From Labilithrix sp. (GTDB taxonomy: Bacteria; Myxococcota_A; Polyangia; Polyangiales; Polyangiaceae), in NCBI GenBank assembly GCA_046351255.1, contig JAXLYU010000009.1:293975-357974 (forward strand): a stretch of 64,000 bases of DNA, given 5' to 3'. A program made the position numbers and the translations under genes. The stretch's first letter is position 1. The number at the start of each line of letters is the position of its first letter. Under the pieces are notes generated by a model. The model saw only the letters and a program-made list of their open reading frames with translations. It ran no database searches and was not told where the DNA came from. Positions 10,941 through 20,034 of this stretch are shown piece by piece.

Positions 10941-12648
10941 TGCTCCGCGCGGCGCCCACGCTCCTGTCGGCCCTCGCCGCGGCGGCGCCCGCGCGCGTCG
11001 TGAAGAAGCTCGACGCGGACCGCGAGGTCGCGCGGAGCTGGACGTGGATGGTCGGCCCCGACGGCGGCACGGTCGCGATCGCGGGCGGTGAGACGGTGAC
11101 CGTCCGCGCGAGCGACGGGCTCGTCACCGAGCCGACGGCGTTCACGTGCTCGTGTCTCCTCACGCCGCGCTGCTTTCACGTGCTCGGCGGTCGCGGCGGC
11201 GCTCGAGGTCTCGCTCGACGACGCGCCGGCGCCGGCCGCGGCCGCGCCCGCCCCCAGCGCCGGCGACCGCGGTCGCCGTGGACGCCTCGCGGCGCGCGGT
11301 GGCGGAGCGCGCGCGCGCCGTGACGTCGGACGTTCTCGCCGCTGGCGCGCGTGGCGTGGGCACGATCCTCGAGGGCGAGCTCCTCCGCGTGGTCCACCTC
11401 GCGCGCGTGGCCGGGCTTCATCGGCTCGCGGCGGCTGGCCTGCGCGTGGCGCGCGACGTGCGCGATCTCGCGTCCGAGGCGGACGACTTCGACGCGAACG
11501 CGCTCGTCGAGGATCTCCGCGAGCTCTCGGTCACCGCACAGCTCTTGAGCCGCGACGAGGTCACGCCCGACGTCATCGGCGTCGCGCGCCGGGCGTACGA
11601 GCGGATCGGTCACCTCCGTCTCGTCGGCCTCGCCTCCGAGCCCGTCGTGGCGGGGCGAGGCTACGGCGGCGTCGTCACGCACGTCATCGCGGACGACGGC
11701 ACGCTCTACTCCATCAGCGACGTGATGCCTGGCGGCGAGGCGCGCGCCCGCGGCGCCTACGACGGCTCTCTCGTGATGGGCGACACGACGATCACGCATC
11801 GTGCCCTCTCGCGTGGCGGCCTCTTCGTCCAGGACGCGACCTCCTCCGAGGATCATCGCCTCGGCGCGGGCAAGGACGTGAAGGCGGTCCGCGCCGCGAA
11901 CGAGGCGGGCTGGGCGGCGCCCGCGATCCGCGCGCGCTTCGAGGAGCCGCTCGCCGCGCAGCTCGCCCGCGCCTACGACGCGCTCGGGATCCCGGCCACG
12001 CGACGCTCGCGCGGCGCGACCCTCGTCTTCCTCCGCGGTCACGTCGTCGGACACGACGCCTCCGCGCTGCTCGTCGCGGGCGAGGGCGGCCCTGTGCGGC
12101 TCATCGCGCCTCCATCGCACGGGACGCTCTTCACATTCGAGAACATCCGCCAGCTCTCGAGCGCGGAGGGGCTCGGGCTCGAGGTCCTCGCCGATCTCGT
12201 CCCCGACGCGCCGCGCACGCTCGCGCTCGTGGCCTTCGGGCCATGGGCGAAGGACGCCGCGCCCGTACGCCTCGTCCTCCCGCCCGAGTGGCGCGGCGTG
12301 GTGAACGCCGGCTATGACGTCATCCAGGGCTCGCACCTCGAGGGCCGCGCGTCGCGCTCCGCGGCCGCGGCTCCGCCCGCGGAGGCCGTCTTCGATCCGC
12401 TCTCGCCGCTGCGTCGCCGCATCGTACGCGTCGCGCTCCTCGGCACTCGGAGCCTCCCGCCGGAGGCGACGGCAGAGATCGATGCCGATCGCGTCGCCCT
12501 CGGGCGCCTCTTCATGTTCGGCGCGGTCGAGGTCCTCGGCGCGCTCTCCGCGGGCGCCCGCCGGCGCGGAGAGCTTCGGGACGCCTGGCTCGCGGCCGCG
12601 ACCTACGCGCATGCGGCGAGCATCGCCCTCTGGCGTGACGCCTGGTGA
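10940..12648 (+). CDS. SWIM zinc-finger protein (YehQ-like); reading frame disrupted around 11160-11290 (frameshifted or pseudogene, or sequence error)
   Basis: The start ATG overlaps the upstream stop (TGATG). The N-terminal ORF 10940-11323 contains FTCSCLLTPRCFHV, a CxCx5CxH SWIM motif. It then runs into an Arg/Gly low-complexity stretch and a stop. The long protein-like ORF 11146-12648, in the +2 frame, carries the rest (..VAVDASRRAVAERARAVTSDVLAAG.. through ..IALWRDAW). The third frame would read CFHVLAVAAALEV, which is a more canonical continuation after the SWIM motif. Confidence 0.6.
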
Positions 12649-12658
12649 GAGTACATCG

Positions 12659-14143
12659 GTGAGTCCATGGCATGATGCTCTCGTGCCAGCTCCTGCCTCG
12701 CCGTCACCTCCGCTCGTCGCGGCCCTCGATGCGCTCTTCGGTCGTAGCCCCGACGCCGTCGTGCTGCTCGGCGCCGGAGGGGAGACGCTCTATCGAAACG
12801 ATGCCGCCGGAGCCGATCCGTGGGCGGCCGGGCGGAGCGAGGTCGATGCCGCGCTGCCCTCCGTGCTCGCGGGTGAGGCGGTGCAGCTCGAGGCCGGGGA
12901 CACCGGACCGAGCGGCGTCCGTAGCTGGTACGCGTGCACGTTGTCGCCGGTGAGCGAAGGCGGCGCCGTCGTCGGCGTGCTCGCGGTGTCGAAGGACCTC
13001 ACCGCGCTCAAGCGATCGGAGGCGCGCCTTCGCCGGAGCGAGCAGCTCTTGGTCGACACGCAAGGCGTCGCCCATCTCGGCACGTGGGAGTGGGACATCA
13101 GCGAGCCGCACGCGGTGTGGTCGGCGGAGCTCTATCGCATCTATGGGCTCACGCCCGAGTCGTACACGCCGAGCTACGAGGCCTACCTCACGAAGATCCA
13201 CCCCGACGATCGCGAGCGCGTCATGGAGGCGACCAACCGAGTCTTCGAGGAGCACGTCCCGTACTCGCACGACGAGCGGATCTTCCGGCCGGACGGCTCG
13301 CTGCGGTACCTGCATACCTGGGCGTTCCCCGTGCTCGACGAGGCCGGCCAGCTCCGCAAGCTCGTCGGAGTCTGTCAGGACATCACGGATCGGAAGGTGG
13401 CGGAGGAGGAGGTCCATCGCCTCAACGAGAGCCTCGAGCTGCGCGTCGCCGAGCGGACGCGTACCATCGAGCGGTCGCTGAAGGACCTCGAGGCGTTCCA
13501 GGCGATGGTGAGCCACGACCTCCGCGCGCCGCTCTCCGTGATCTCCGGGAGCTGCGGCCTCCTCGAGCAGGAGCGAGGACACCTCCCCGCGACCGCCTCG
13601 AAGAACGTCGAGCGCATCCAGCGCGCGGTCTCGCAGATGACGCGGCTCGTGAACGATCTGTTGACCCTGGCGCACGTGGGCAACTCGCCGCTCGAGATGG
13701 CCGAGATCGATCTCTCGGCGCTCTGCGACGACATCGTCGCGAACCTCCGGCAGAGCTCCACCTCCGTCTCGCCGGCGGTGGTGTCAATCGAGCCGGGCCT
13801 GAAGTGTCGTGGCGACGCGGCGTTCGTCCGGACGATCCTCGAGAATCTCCTCGGCAACGCGTGGAAGTACTCCTCGCGTGTTCCGGCCCCTCGCATCGAG
13901 GTCGGCGCCAGGCCCCACGAGGACGAGGTCGCCTTCTACGTGAAGGACAACGGCGTCGGCTTCGACATGAAGGACGCGGATCGGATCTTCGCGCCGTTCG
14001 AGCGCCTGCATCGGGCGACCGAGTTCGCGGGGACGGGCGTCGGCCTCGCCGCCGTGCATCGCATCGTCGAGCGCCACGGCGGGCGCATCTGGGTCGACAG
14101 CGCCCCCGGGCAGGGCGCGTCGTTCTCGTTCACGCTCGCGTGA
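12659..14143 (+). CDS. PAS-domain sensor histidine kinase (cytoplasmic)
   Basis: PAS-like region (WEWDISEPHAVWSAELYRIYG..IHPDDRERV). H-box is MVSHDLRAPL. N-box is LLGNAWKYS. G1 is KDNGVGFD and G2 is GTGVGLAAV. The GTG at 12659 is in frame and no receiver domain is present. Confidence 0.8.
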   Translation: MSPWHDALVPAPASPSPPLVAALDALFGRSPDAVVLLGAGGETLYRNDAAGADPWAAGRSEVDAALPSVLAGEAVQLEAGDTGPSGVRSWYACTLSPVSEGGAVVGVLAVSKDLTALKRSEARLRRSEQLLVDTQGVAHLGTWEWDISEPHAVWSAELYRIYGLTPESYTPSYEAYLTKIHPDDRERVMEATNRVFEEHVPYSHDERIFRPDGSLRYLHTWAFPVLDEAGQLRKLVGVCQDITDRKVAEEEVHRLNESLELRVAERTRTIERSLKDLEAFQAMVSHDLRAPLSVISGSCGLLEQERGHLPATASKNVERIQRAVSQMTRLVNDLLTLAHVGNSPLEMAEIDLSALCDDIVANLRQSSTSVSPAVVSIEPGLKCRGDAAFVRTILENLLGNAWKYSSRVPAPRIEVGARPHEDEVAFYVKDNGVGFDMKDADRIFAPFERLHRATEFAGTGVGLAAVHRIVERHGGRIWVDSAPGQGASFSFTLA

Positions 14144-14250
14144 GCGTTGCAGCGTCGTGGATCGGCGCCCGCATCGTGGACCGGCGTTCGGCACGGCGAG
14201 AAGTCTTGCTCGAAGCACGCAAAATCGAGGCGCCGAGCTAGCATGGCGCG

Positions 14251-15717
14251 GTGAATCAGCATCGAGTGTGGGGAATCGCGATCGTGGCCGCTTCGGGCGC
14301 GCTTGGCTGTGCGGAGACGTATACGCCGCGGCCAGCGGCGGGCTTCGCGGCGAACGCAGGGCCGCTCACGTCGGCCTATGCCGCCGCCGAGACGCATGCG
14401 GACCCCGAGGCGGGGCGCGCGGGCACGCCGCTGCCGCCGAAGGCGGTCGAGCTGTTCGGCGCCGAGACGGTGCGCGCGGGCTCTCCGCCGGGTCCCACCA
14501 TGAACCTCGAAGAGATCGTGCGGCTCGCGGTGCTCCGCGATCCGGCGATCCGCGCGGCGTTGGCGGACGTCGAAGCGGCGAAGGCCGACGTGGTGCGCTC
14601 GCGCACGCTGCCGAACCCGACCGTCCTTGCCACCCAGTCGCTCGTGCCGTTCCCCGGGCGGCCGTTCACGGAGGAGAAGACGGGAGGTCCGCCGCAGCTC
14701 GACGTCATCCTCGGCTATGCCCTCGATCGCATCGTCTTCGGCAAGCGCGGCGCGGCGGTCGCGCGGGACAAGCTCGCGGTCGACGCCGCGAGCGCGGCGC
14801 ACGCGGATCGTATCCGCACGCGCGTCGCCGAGGCGGTGACGGCGTACGTCGACGTCCTGCAGACGCGAGCGCTCTGGGTCCTGGCGACCGAGGTCTACGG
14901 TCACGCTCGCCGTCTGCAAGCGGTGACGAACGCGCGCAACGGCGACACGGCGGCGGCCGAGCTCGGACGCGTCCGGATCTACCACCTCACGACGCACCGC
15001 GCGGTGATGCACACGGCGGCCGATCTCGACAGCGCCCGTGCGCGCCTCCGCGAGCGCCTCGCGCTGCAGCCCGACGAGCCGACCCCGGAGCCGGCCGGCT
15101 TTCCCATCGTCGATCATCCCGCGCCGCCGCCGTCGGAGGAAGAGGCGATCCGCGAGGCGTTCGCGGCCCGGCCCGATCTCGAGGGGAGCCGCCGCGACGC
15201 CGAGCGCGCGCGTTCGGCGGTGGTCTCGGAGAAGCGCGAGGGCCTACCCGTCCTCGGCGTGGTCGGCATCGTCTCGCATCAGTTCCAGTCGCAGGCGCTC
15301 GGCGCGCCGAACGTGTGGTCCTACGGCTTCGGCCTCTTCGGCACGCTCCCGGTGCTCGATCGCAACCAGGGCGGCATCGCGCGCGCTCGTGCGACGGTGA
15401 CGCTCGCCGACGCGAACCAGTCCTCCACCGCGCTGCGCGTGGAGTCCGAGGTGCGCACCGCTCTTGCGGAGTACCGCGCGGCGTATCAAGCCATCATCGA
15501 GGGCAACGAGGGCCTCCTGCGCGGCGCGGCCGAGATGCGCTCCGGCATCCGCGACGCCTACGCGGCGGGCGCGAAGAGCCTCGTCGAGGTGCTCGACGCC
15601 GAGCAAGCCTTCTCCGACGCCATGCGCCTCGAGATCGAGGAGGAGGCCGGCTACATCCGCGCGTACCACCTCCTCAACGCCGCGGTCGGCCGCGCCATCC
15701 TCTCGAGCGAGCCCTGA
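14251..15717 (+). CDS. TolC-family outer-membrane efflux protein (outer membrane factor lipoprotein)
   Basis: The signal peptide ends at LGCAE (lipobox). The two-repeat coiled-coil/beta-barrel architecture of OMF proteins is present (..LTLEEAVRLAL-like NLEEIVRLAVLRDPAIRAA..; ..GAKSLVEVLDAEQA..YHLLNAAVGRA). Confidence 0.75.
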   Translation: MNQHRVWGIAIVAASGALGCAETYTPRPAAGFAANAGPLTSAYAAAETHADPEAGRAGTPLPPKAVELFGAETVRAGSPPGPTMNLEEIVRLAVLRDPAIRAALADVEAAKADVVRSRTLPNPTVLATQSLVPFPGRPFTEEKTGGPPQLDVILGYALDRIVFGKRGAAVARDKLAVDAASAAHADRIRTRVAEAVTAYVDVLQTRALWVLATEVYGHARRLQAVTNARNGDTAAAELGRVRIYHLTTHRAVMHTAADLDSARARLRERLALQPDEPTPEPAGFPIVDHPAPPPSEEEAIREAFAARPDLEGSRRDAERARSAVVSEKREGLPVLGVVGIVSHQFQSQALGAPNVWSYGFGLFGTLPVLDRNQGGIARARATVTLADANQSSTALRVESEVRTALAEYRAAYQAIIEGNEGLLRGAAEMRSGIRDAYAAGAKSLVEVLDAEQAFSDAMRLEIEEEAGYIRAYHLLNAAVGRAILSSEP

Positions 15718-16140
15718 CCCACGGACGGACCGTTCGGGCTCACGAACGTGCAAGGCACTGCACCGCACGGCTCTCCTCTGCACTCCGTCACGCGTCACGA
15801 CTGTGGTCGCGGGCGGCTCAAGGCCGATGGAAGCGCCTCCGGCGCGTACCGGATCGCCTTCGAAGTCTCCCCGACCGCGCCGAGCGCGCACCGCTCGTCG
15901 TCGCGCGCGCGCACGACGTCGATCGCGAGGCCCTTCGCGTGATCGCGGCCGCGTCGGTCCAGAAACCCGTCAAGCGCCGCGTGCGTTCCCCGTCCACTCT
16001 TTCCGGCGAATGTCAGCAAGTCGTGCATGGCTCGTTCACGAGGTGGCGCCGGTCGTGTCGAGACGACGAGGGCAAGGTCGCGCTTCCCGTGACGCGCGGA
16101 GCCTCGTCCGTCGTAGCGCGGACGTGCGCCGCTCGTCTGG

Positions 16141-18894
16141 TTAGCGGCGCCTGGCCGTCTCTTTCCGCCTCGGGTCGTCGAACCAGGTACGCGCGGCGAG
16201 GGCGCTCGCGGCGGCGCGCTCGAGGAGGCTCGACGCCTCTGCCCGTGTGGCCACGTGGCCTCGCGCGAGCTCGTTCGTGAGCCAGCCGGTGCCCTCCGGA
16301 TGACACTCGAGCGCGGCGATGAGCTCCGGCGCTGCGTCGAACGGGCTCCGGAGCCTCAGCGTGAGGCGGCGGCGACCATCGGCGCTGCCGTGGTCGACCC
16401 CGACGCCGAGCGCCTGGAGCCTCGTGGTCTCGTCGAGCCCGAGCTCGGCCAGCGCGGCTCCGAGCGTGGCGTCTGCGAGCTCACGCCAGCGATAGCCGTG
16501 CGTCTCCTCCATGATGTCGGCGACCATCCGGTGGACGACGCGCGTGAGCGCCTGGTGCTCGGCGAGGGTGGGCGCGACGAGCGGGTCGGCGTGAAGGCCC
16601 ACGAGTCGCCGCTTCGAGCCGGTCCCCACCTCGCGAAAGAAGATGCCGGCGAGCGCCGGCTCGCCCGGGAGATGCTTCTGCCAGCGCGGGAGCGTGAGCC
16701 GCTCCGTCCATTCCCCATCGAGGAGCACCGCGTAGGCACCGGAGTGCCACCACAAGCCGAACGGATTGACGGTCGCGCGGTCCTGAGCCTCGAACCCACG
16801 GGCGCCGCCGACCAGCGGGCGAGGCTCGATCTCGATGGTGACGCGCCGGAGGCGCTCGACGCGATCCTCGATCAACGCGATCGCCCAGTCGAGGGCGCCT
16901 GCGAGCGCTTCGCGCCCTAGCTCGAGGGCAAGGTGATCGTGACCGTGGGAACCGAGCGTGACCTGGCTCTCCGTGCCGTCGGCATGGAGGGTGATGCGCT
17001 TGTCCGCCCTGGTCATGGCCTCGGCCTTCGTGACCGGGTCCGGCACGAGCGGGCGTTGCTGGTTGCCGTGGCCGAGCGAGTAGTAATCGAACGTGATGCC
17101 GAGCTTCGATACGTGACGGACGACGCGTCCGATCTCTTCCGGCAAGTGGAGATTCGCGCCGTCCATGCCCAGCGAGAGCAGCGCGACGACCTCGGGTTTC
17201 GTCTTCCTGGCAGGCGCGTCCTCCGACGGCGCGTCGAGCGGGGGATCCACCGTCGCGCCCGGGAAGCGGGCGAGCGCCGCGCGGAGACGCGGCTGCTCGG
17301 AGGGGCGAAGCTTGGTTCGCTTCGGGTCCATCGCGATGACGTCGAGGCTCGCCGGCGGAAACGACTCGAGGAGGTGGACGATGTCGCCATACGTGGCTCG
17401 TACCGCGAGCCGGCGGAAGGGACCGACCGGCTCGGTGCGCTCGACGCGATAGACCACCTCTGCGCCGGCCAGGCGATCCGCCCAGCGATCGGGCCTCACC
17501 TCGATCGTCTTCGGGCCGGGCACGCTCGCCAGGTCTGCGAAGACCTTGTGGACGTCGATCTGACCGTCCGTGTTCCTCAACATGAGCCGCTCGATCCGTC
17601 GAACGATGGGCCACGACGGCAGGGACGCGACGGCGCTCGCGTGCCAGCGCGTGCAGGCGACGCCGAGCGTCTTCAGCGCGGGAAGCGCGGTGGTCGCGGC
17701 GAAAGGATGCCTGGCGTCGAGCGCCAGCGCACCGTCTCGCAGGACCTCCACGATCTCGAGGCGCTCGAGCTTACGGAGCGCGCCGCTCTCGAGCACGGGC
17801 AGGACGTCGTCGGCGCCGATGTTGGTGAGCTCGCGGAGGCCCGGGAGGCGGGTCAGGAAGGCGAAGCCCACCGAGCGGTCCCAGGGCTCGGGCCACTCGA
17901 GATCGATCGCGCGTACGTGCGACCACGCGGGATGCTCGACCTCCGGATTCTCCCGGCGCTCGAGCTGGCCGCCCGCGAAGAACCCCTCCTCGTAGCGCCG
18001 CGTTCCACGCTTGAAGTGCCGTGCGACCGGCCAGTCCCAGCCCGTGTGGTCGTCGGCGATCTTCTCCGTGAGCGCGCGCTCGCGGCGCTCCACCTCCTTC
18101 ACCAGGCCCGCGGCCGCGGCGCGTCGCGCGATGCCGAGCGTGATGAGCTCGCCGCGCGGGTCGCCGTTCTCGGTGAGCCAGTCGGCGAACACGGTCTTGG
18201 CCGTGGTGTCCGACGGGTCGGCGTAGATGGCCTCGAGGAACTCGGCCGCCGTCGTCTTCGTCGCGGTCTCGGCGCGAGCCGTGCCCGCGAAGCGCGCCTC
18301 GAGCGCCGCGACGCGCGCCTCCGCGTCCGGCTCGAGCTGCTCGATGCGCTCGAGCTTCGCGAGGATGTCGGGCAGCTCTTCGCGCATCGCACGAGCGCGA
18401 TCGTAGAGGCGCGCGAGGTCGGTGACCTTCTCCTGCACGACCACGCGCGAGCGAGGATCTTCGAGCAGGACGAGATGGCGGAGCATCTGGAGCTGGAGAC
18501 CATGAGACGCCTGGCTCTCGTACGGTGGATCGGTGAACGTGCGGATGAGGAGCGCGGCCACGCGTGGGTCGGGCCCCCACGACGCGATCCGGTCGAACCG
18601 TACTCTCCCATCACGCCACTGCTTGGGCCATGGGTCGGCGAGGAGACGCTCGACGTCGACGAGGTCGTGGTCCTTCTCCGCCTCGAGCCATGCGGCGAGC
18701 CGGAGCTTCACCGTCTTTCCGGCGATCGCCGTGCGTCCGGCGGCCGCGAGCGACGAGATCCGCGCCGCCACGCTCGCGATCCGCGGGTGACGCTGCGCCT
18801 GCCATGCGGCGATGACCTCGGCGAGCGCCGCGGTCGCGTCGTCGCGATCGAGGGCGGCGGCGGCAGAGTCGAGTCGCTGGACGAGCGGCGCCAT
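16141..18894 (-). CDS. Large hypothetical protein (917 aa) carrying a TIGR02996-type motif; possible C-terminal metallophosphoesterase-like segment
   Basis: The motif TVFADWLTENGDPRGELITLGIARR matches the WLxExGDPRGEfI signature of the myxobacterial/planctomycete TIGR02996 repeat-companion domain. The C-terminal half has His-rich motifs (SLGHGNQQ, LGSHGHDHL) reminiscent of the GNHE/GHxH motifs of calcineurin-like phosphoesterases, a weak match. The overlapping plus-strand ORF 16933-18912 is Arg-rich garbage. Confidence 0.6.
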   Translation of the reverse strand: MAPLVQRLDSAAAALDRDDATAALAEVIAAWQAQRHPRIASVAARISSLAAAGRTAIAGKTVKLRLAAWLEAEKDHDLVDVERLLADPWPKQWRDGRVRFDRIASWGPDPRVAALLIRTFTDPPYESQASHGLQLQMLRHLVLLEDPRSRVVVQEKVTDLARLYDRARAMREELPDILAKLERIEQLEPDAEARVAALEARFAGTARAETATKTTAAEFLEAIYADPSDTTAKTVFADWLTENGDPRGELITLGIARRAAAAGLVKEVERRERALTEKIADDHTGWDWPVARHFKRGTRRYEEGFFAGGQLERRENPEVEHPAWSHVRAIDLEWPEPWDRSVGFAFLTRLPGLRELTNIGADDVLPVLESGALRKLERLEIVEVLRDGALALDARHPFAATTALPALKTLGVACTRWHASAVASLPSWPIVRRIERLMLRNTDGQIDVHKVFADLASVPGPKTIEVRPDRWADRLAGAEVVYRVERTEPVGPFRRLAVRATYGDIVHLLESFPPASLDVIAMDPKRTKLRPSEQPRLRAALARFPGATVDPPLDAPSEDAPARKTKPEVVALLSLGMDGANLHLPEEIGRVVRHVSKLGITFDYYSLGHGNQQRPLVPDPVTKAEAMTRADKRITLHADGTESQVTLGSHGHDHLALELGREALAGALDWAIALIEDRVERLRRVTIEIEPRPLVGGARGFEAQDRATVNPFGLWWHSGAYAVLLDGEWTERLTLPRWQKHLPGEPALAGIFFREVGTGSKRRLVGLHADPLVAPTLAEHQALTRVVHRMVADIMEETHGYRWRELADATLGAALAELGLDETTRLQALGVGVDHGSADGRRRLTLRLRSPFDAAPELIAALECHPEGTGWLTNELARGHVATRAEASSLLERAAASALAARTWFDDPRRKETARRR

Positions 18895-18969
18895 GGCCTC
18901 GTTCTACGGTGAAGCGGCCGCCCCGATCAATCATCGCCGCGCGTCACCGATCGATAGAATAATGAGCGC

Positions 18970-19884
18970 GTGACGCGACTCCTCGGCCTCGTCGTCGCCG
19001 CTCCGCCGCGGCGGGTCGGTCCGCTTCCGAAGCTCGAGGTCCAGGCGGTGGAGGCGACCGGGCGGAATCCGAAGGGCGTCATCCTCTCGCACGATCGCAA
19101 GACGCTCTACGTCACGAACTTCGGCGAGCTCTCGAACAAGCGCGTCGTCTCCGTCTACGACGCCGAGACGTTGCGCCTCCGGACCGAGCTCGACCTGCAC
19201 GCAAACGTCGTCGAGGCCGCGCTCTCTCCAGACGATCGGACGCTCGCGAACTGGTCGGGCGACTCCGTCTCGGAGGTCGACGTCGCGCGGGCCGAGGTCG
19301 TGCGCACCCATCCGGTGGGGAAGAACCCGCGCGGGCTCGCCGTGACCGGGAAGGGGACGCTCTACGTCGCGAACTTCTACACGGAGTCGATCGACGTCTT
19401 CGAGGGCCCCGACCGGGAGCGCCGGCATCGGGTCAAGTCGTGCAAGTGTCCGCGGCATCTCGCGCTCTCCCCGGACGAGAAGACGCTCTATGTCTCGTGC
19501 CTGTTCCAGTCGGAGCTGCAGGCGCTCGATCTCGAGACGGAGACGGTCGTTCATCGCGCTCCCCTCGGCTCTTACCCGAAGAGCATCGCGGTCTCCGCGG
19601 ACGGGAGGTACGTGTATTCCGCAGACTACGGCACGACGTGCAGCGCGTCGGTCGTGGACACCACGGACTGGACCTCGCGCACCTTCATCGTACCCGGCAT
19701 GGACCGGGGAAGCGGGATCGTCGTGGGCGCGGGCGGCCAGCATGCGTTCGTCACTGGCTGGTACGACGCGCACCTCTACCGGGTCGGCTTCGAGGGCACG
19801 GGCGGCGATCCCGAGGCTGCGCGCGCGAAGATCGCGCAGTGGCAGCACCGGCCGTTCAGCGCCGATCCTGGCGATGGCCAGTAG
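18970..19884 (+). CDS. YVTN-family beta-propeller repeat protein
   Basis: Repeated units of about 40 aa of the type KTLYVTNFG.., GTLYVANFY.., KTLYVSCLF.., RYVYSADYG... GTG start. Confidence 0.7.
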   Translation: MTRLLGLVVAAPPRRVGPLPKLEVQAVEATGRNPKGVILSHDRKTLYVTNFGELSNKRVVSVYDAETLRLRTELDLHANVVEAALSPDDRTLANWSGDSVSEVDVARAEVVRTHPVGKNPRGLAVTGKGTLYVANFYTESIDVFEGPDRERRHRVKSCKCPRHLALSPDEKTLYVSCLFQSELQALDLETETVVHRAPLGSYPKSIAVSADGRYVYSADYGTTCSASVVDTTDWTSRTFIVPGMDRGSGIVVGAGGQHAFVTGWYDAHLYRVGFEGTGGDPEAARAKIAQWQHRPFSADPGDGQ

Positions 19885-20034
19885 CCACCGCGGAGGTCAC
19901 TCGGGGCGCCATAGAGCGCCCAGGCGGCCAGCGGCGTCATGCACCCAGCGTAACGGGACGCAAGCTTTGCGTCGCGAATTTGCGGTGGCTCGTGCCCTGA
20001 ACGCTCGCGCCGTGGCGGCCGTTCGAGGATCAGC

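Noticed and set aside
10940-12648. Treating 10940-11323 and 11146-12648 as two separate genes
   Set aside because: The first ORF would be a 127-aa protein whose second half is Arg/Gly garbage. The second ORF's N-terminal 45 aa are Arg/Ser/Pro garbage overlapping the SWIM motif in another frame. A single disrupted SWIM gene explains both.
15718-16140. 423-bp apparent intergenic gap, possible small gene or ncRNA
   Set aside because: Only short Arg-rich ORFs (15795-16028 and 16013-16306, minus strand) with no signal or motif. No obvious structured-RNA features by eye. Left unannotated.
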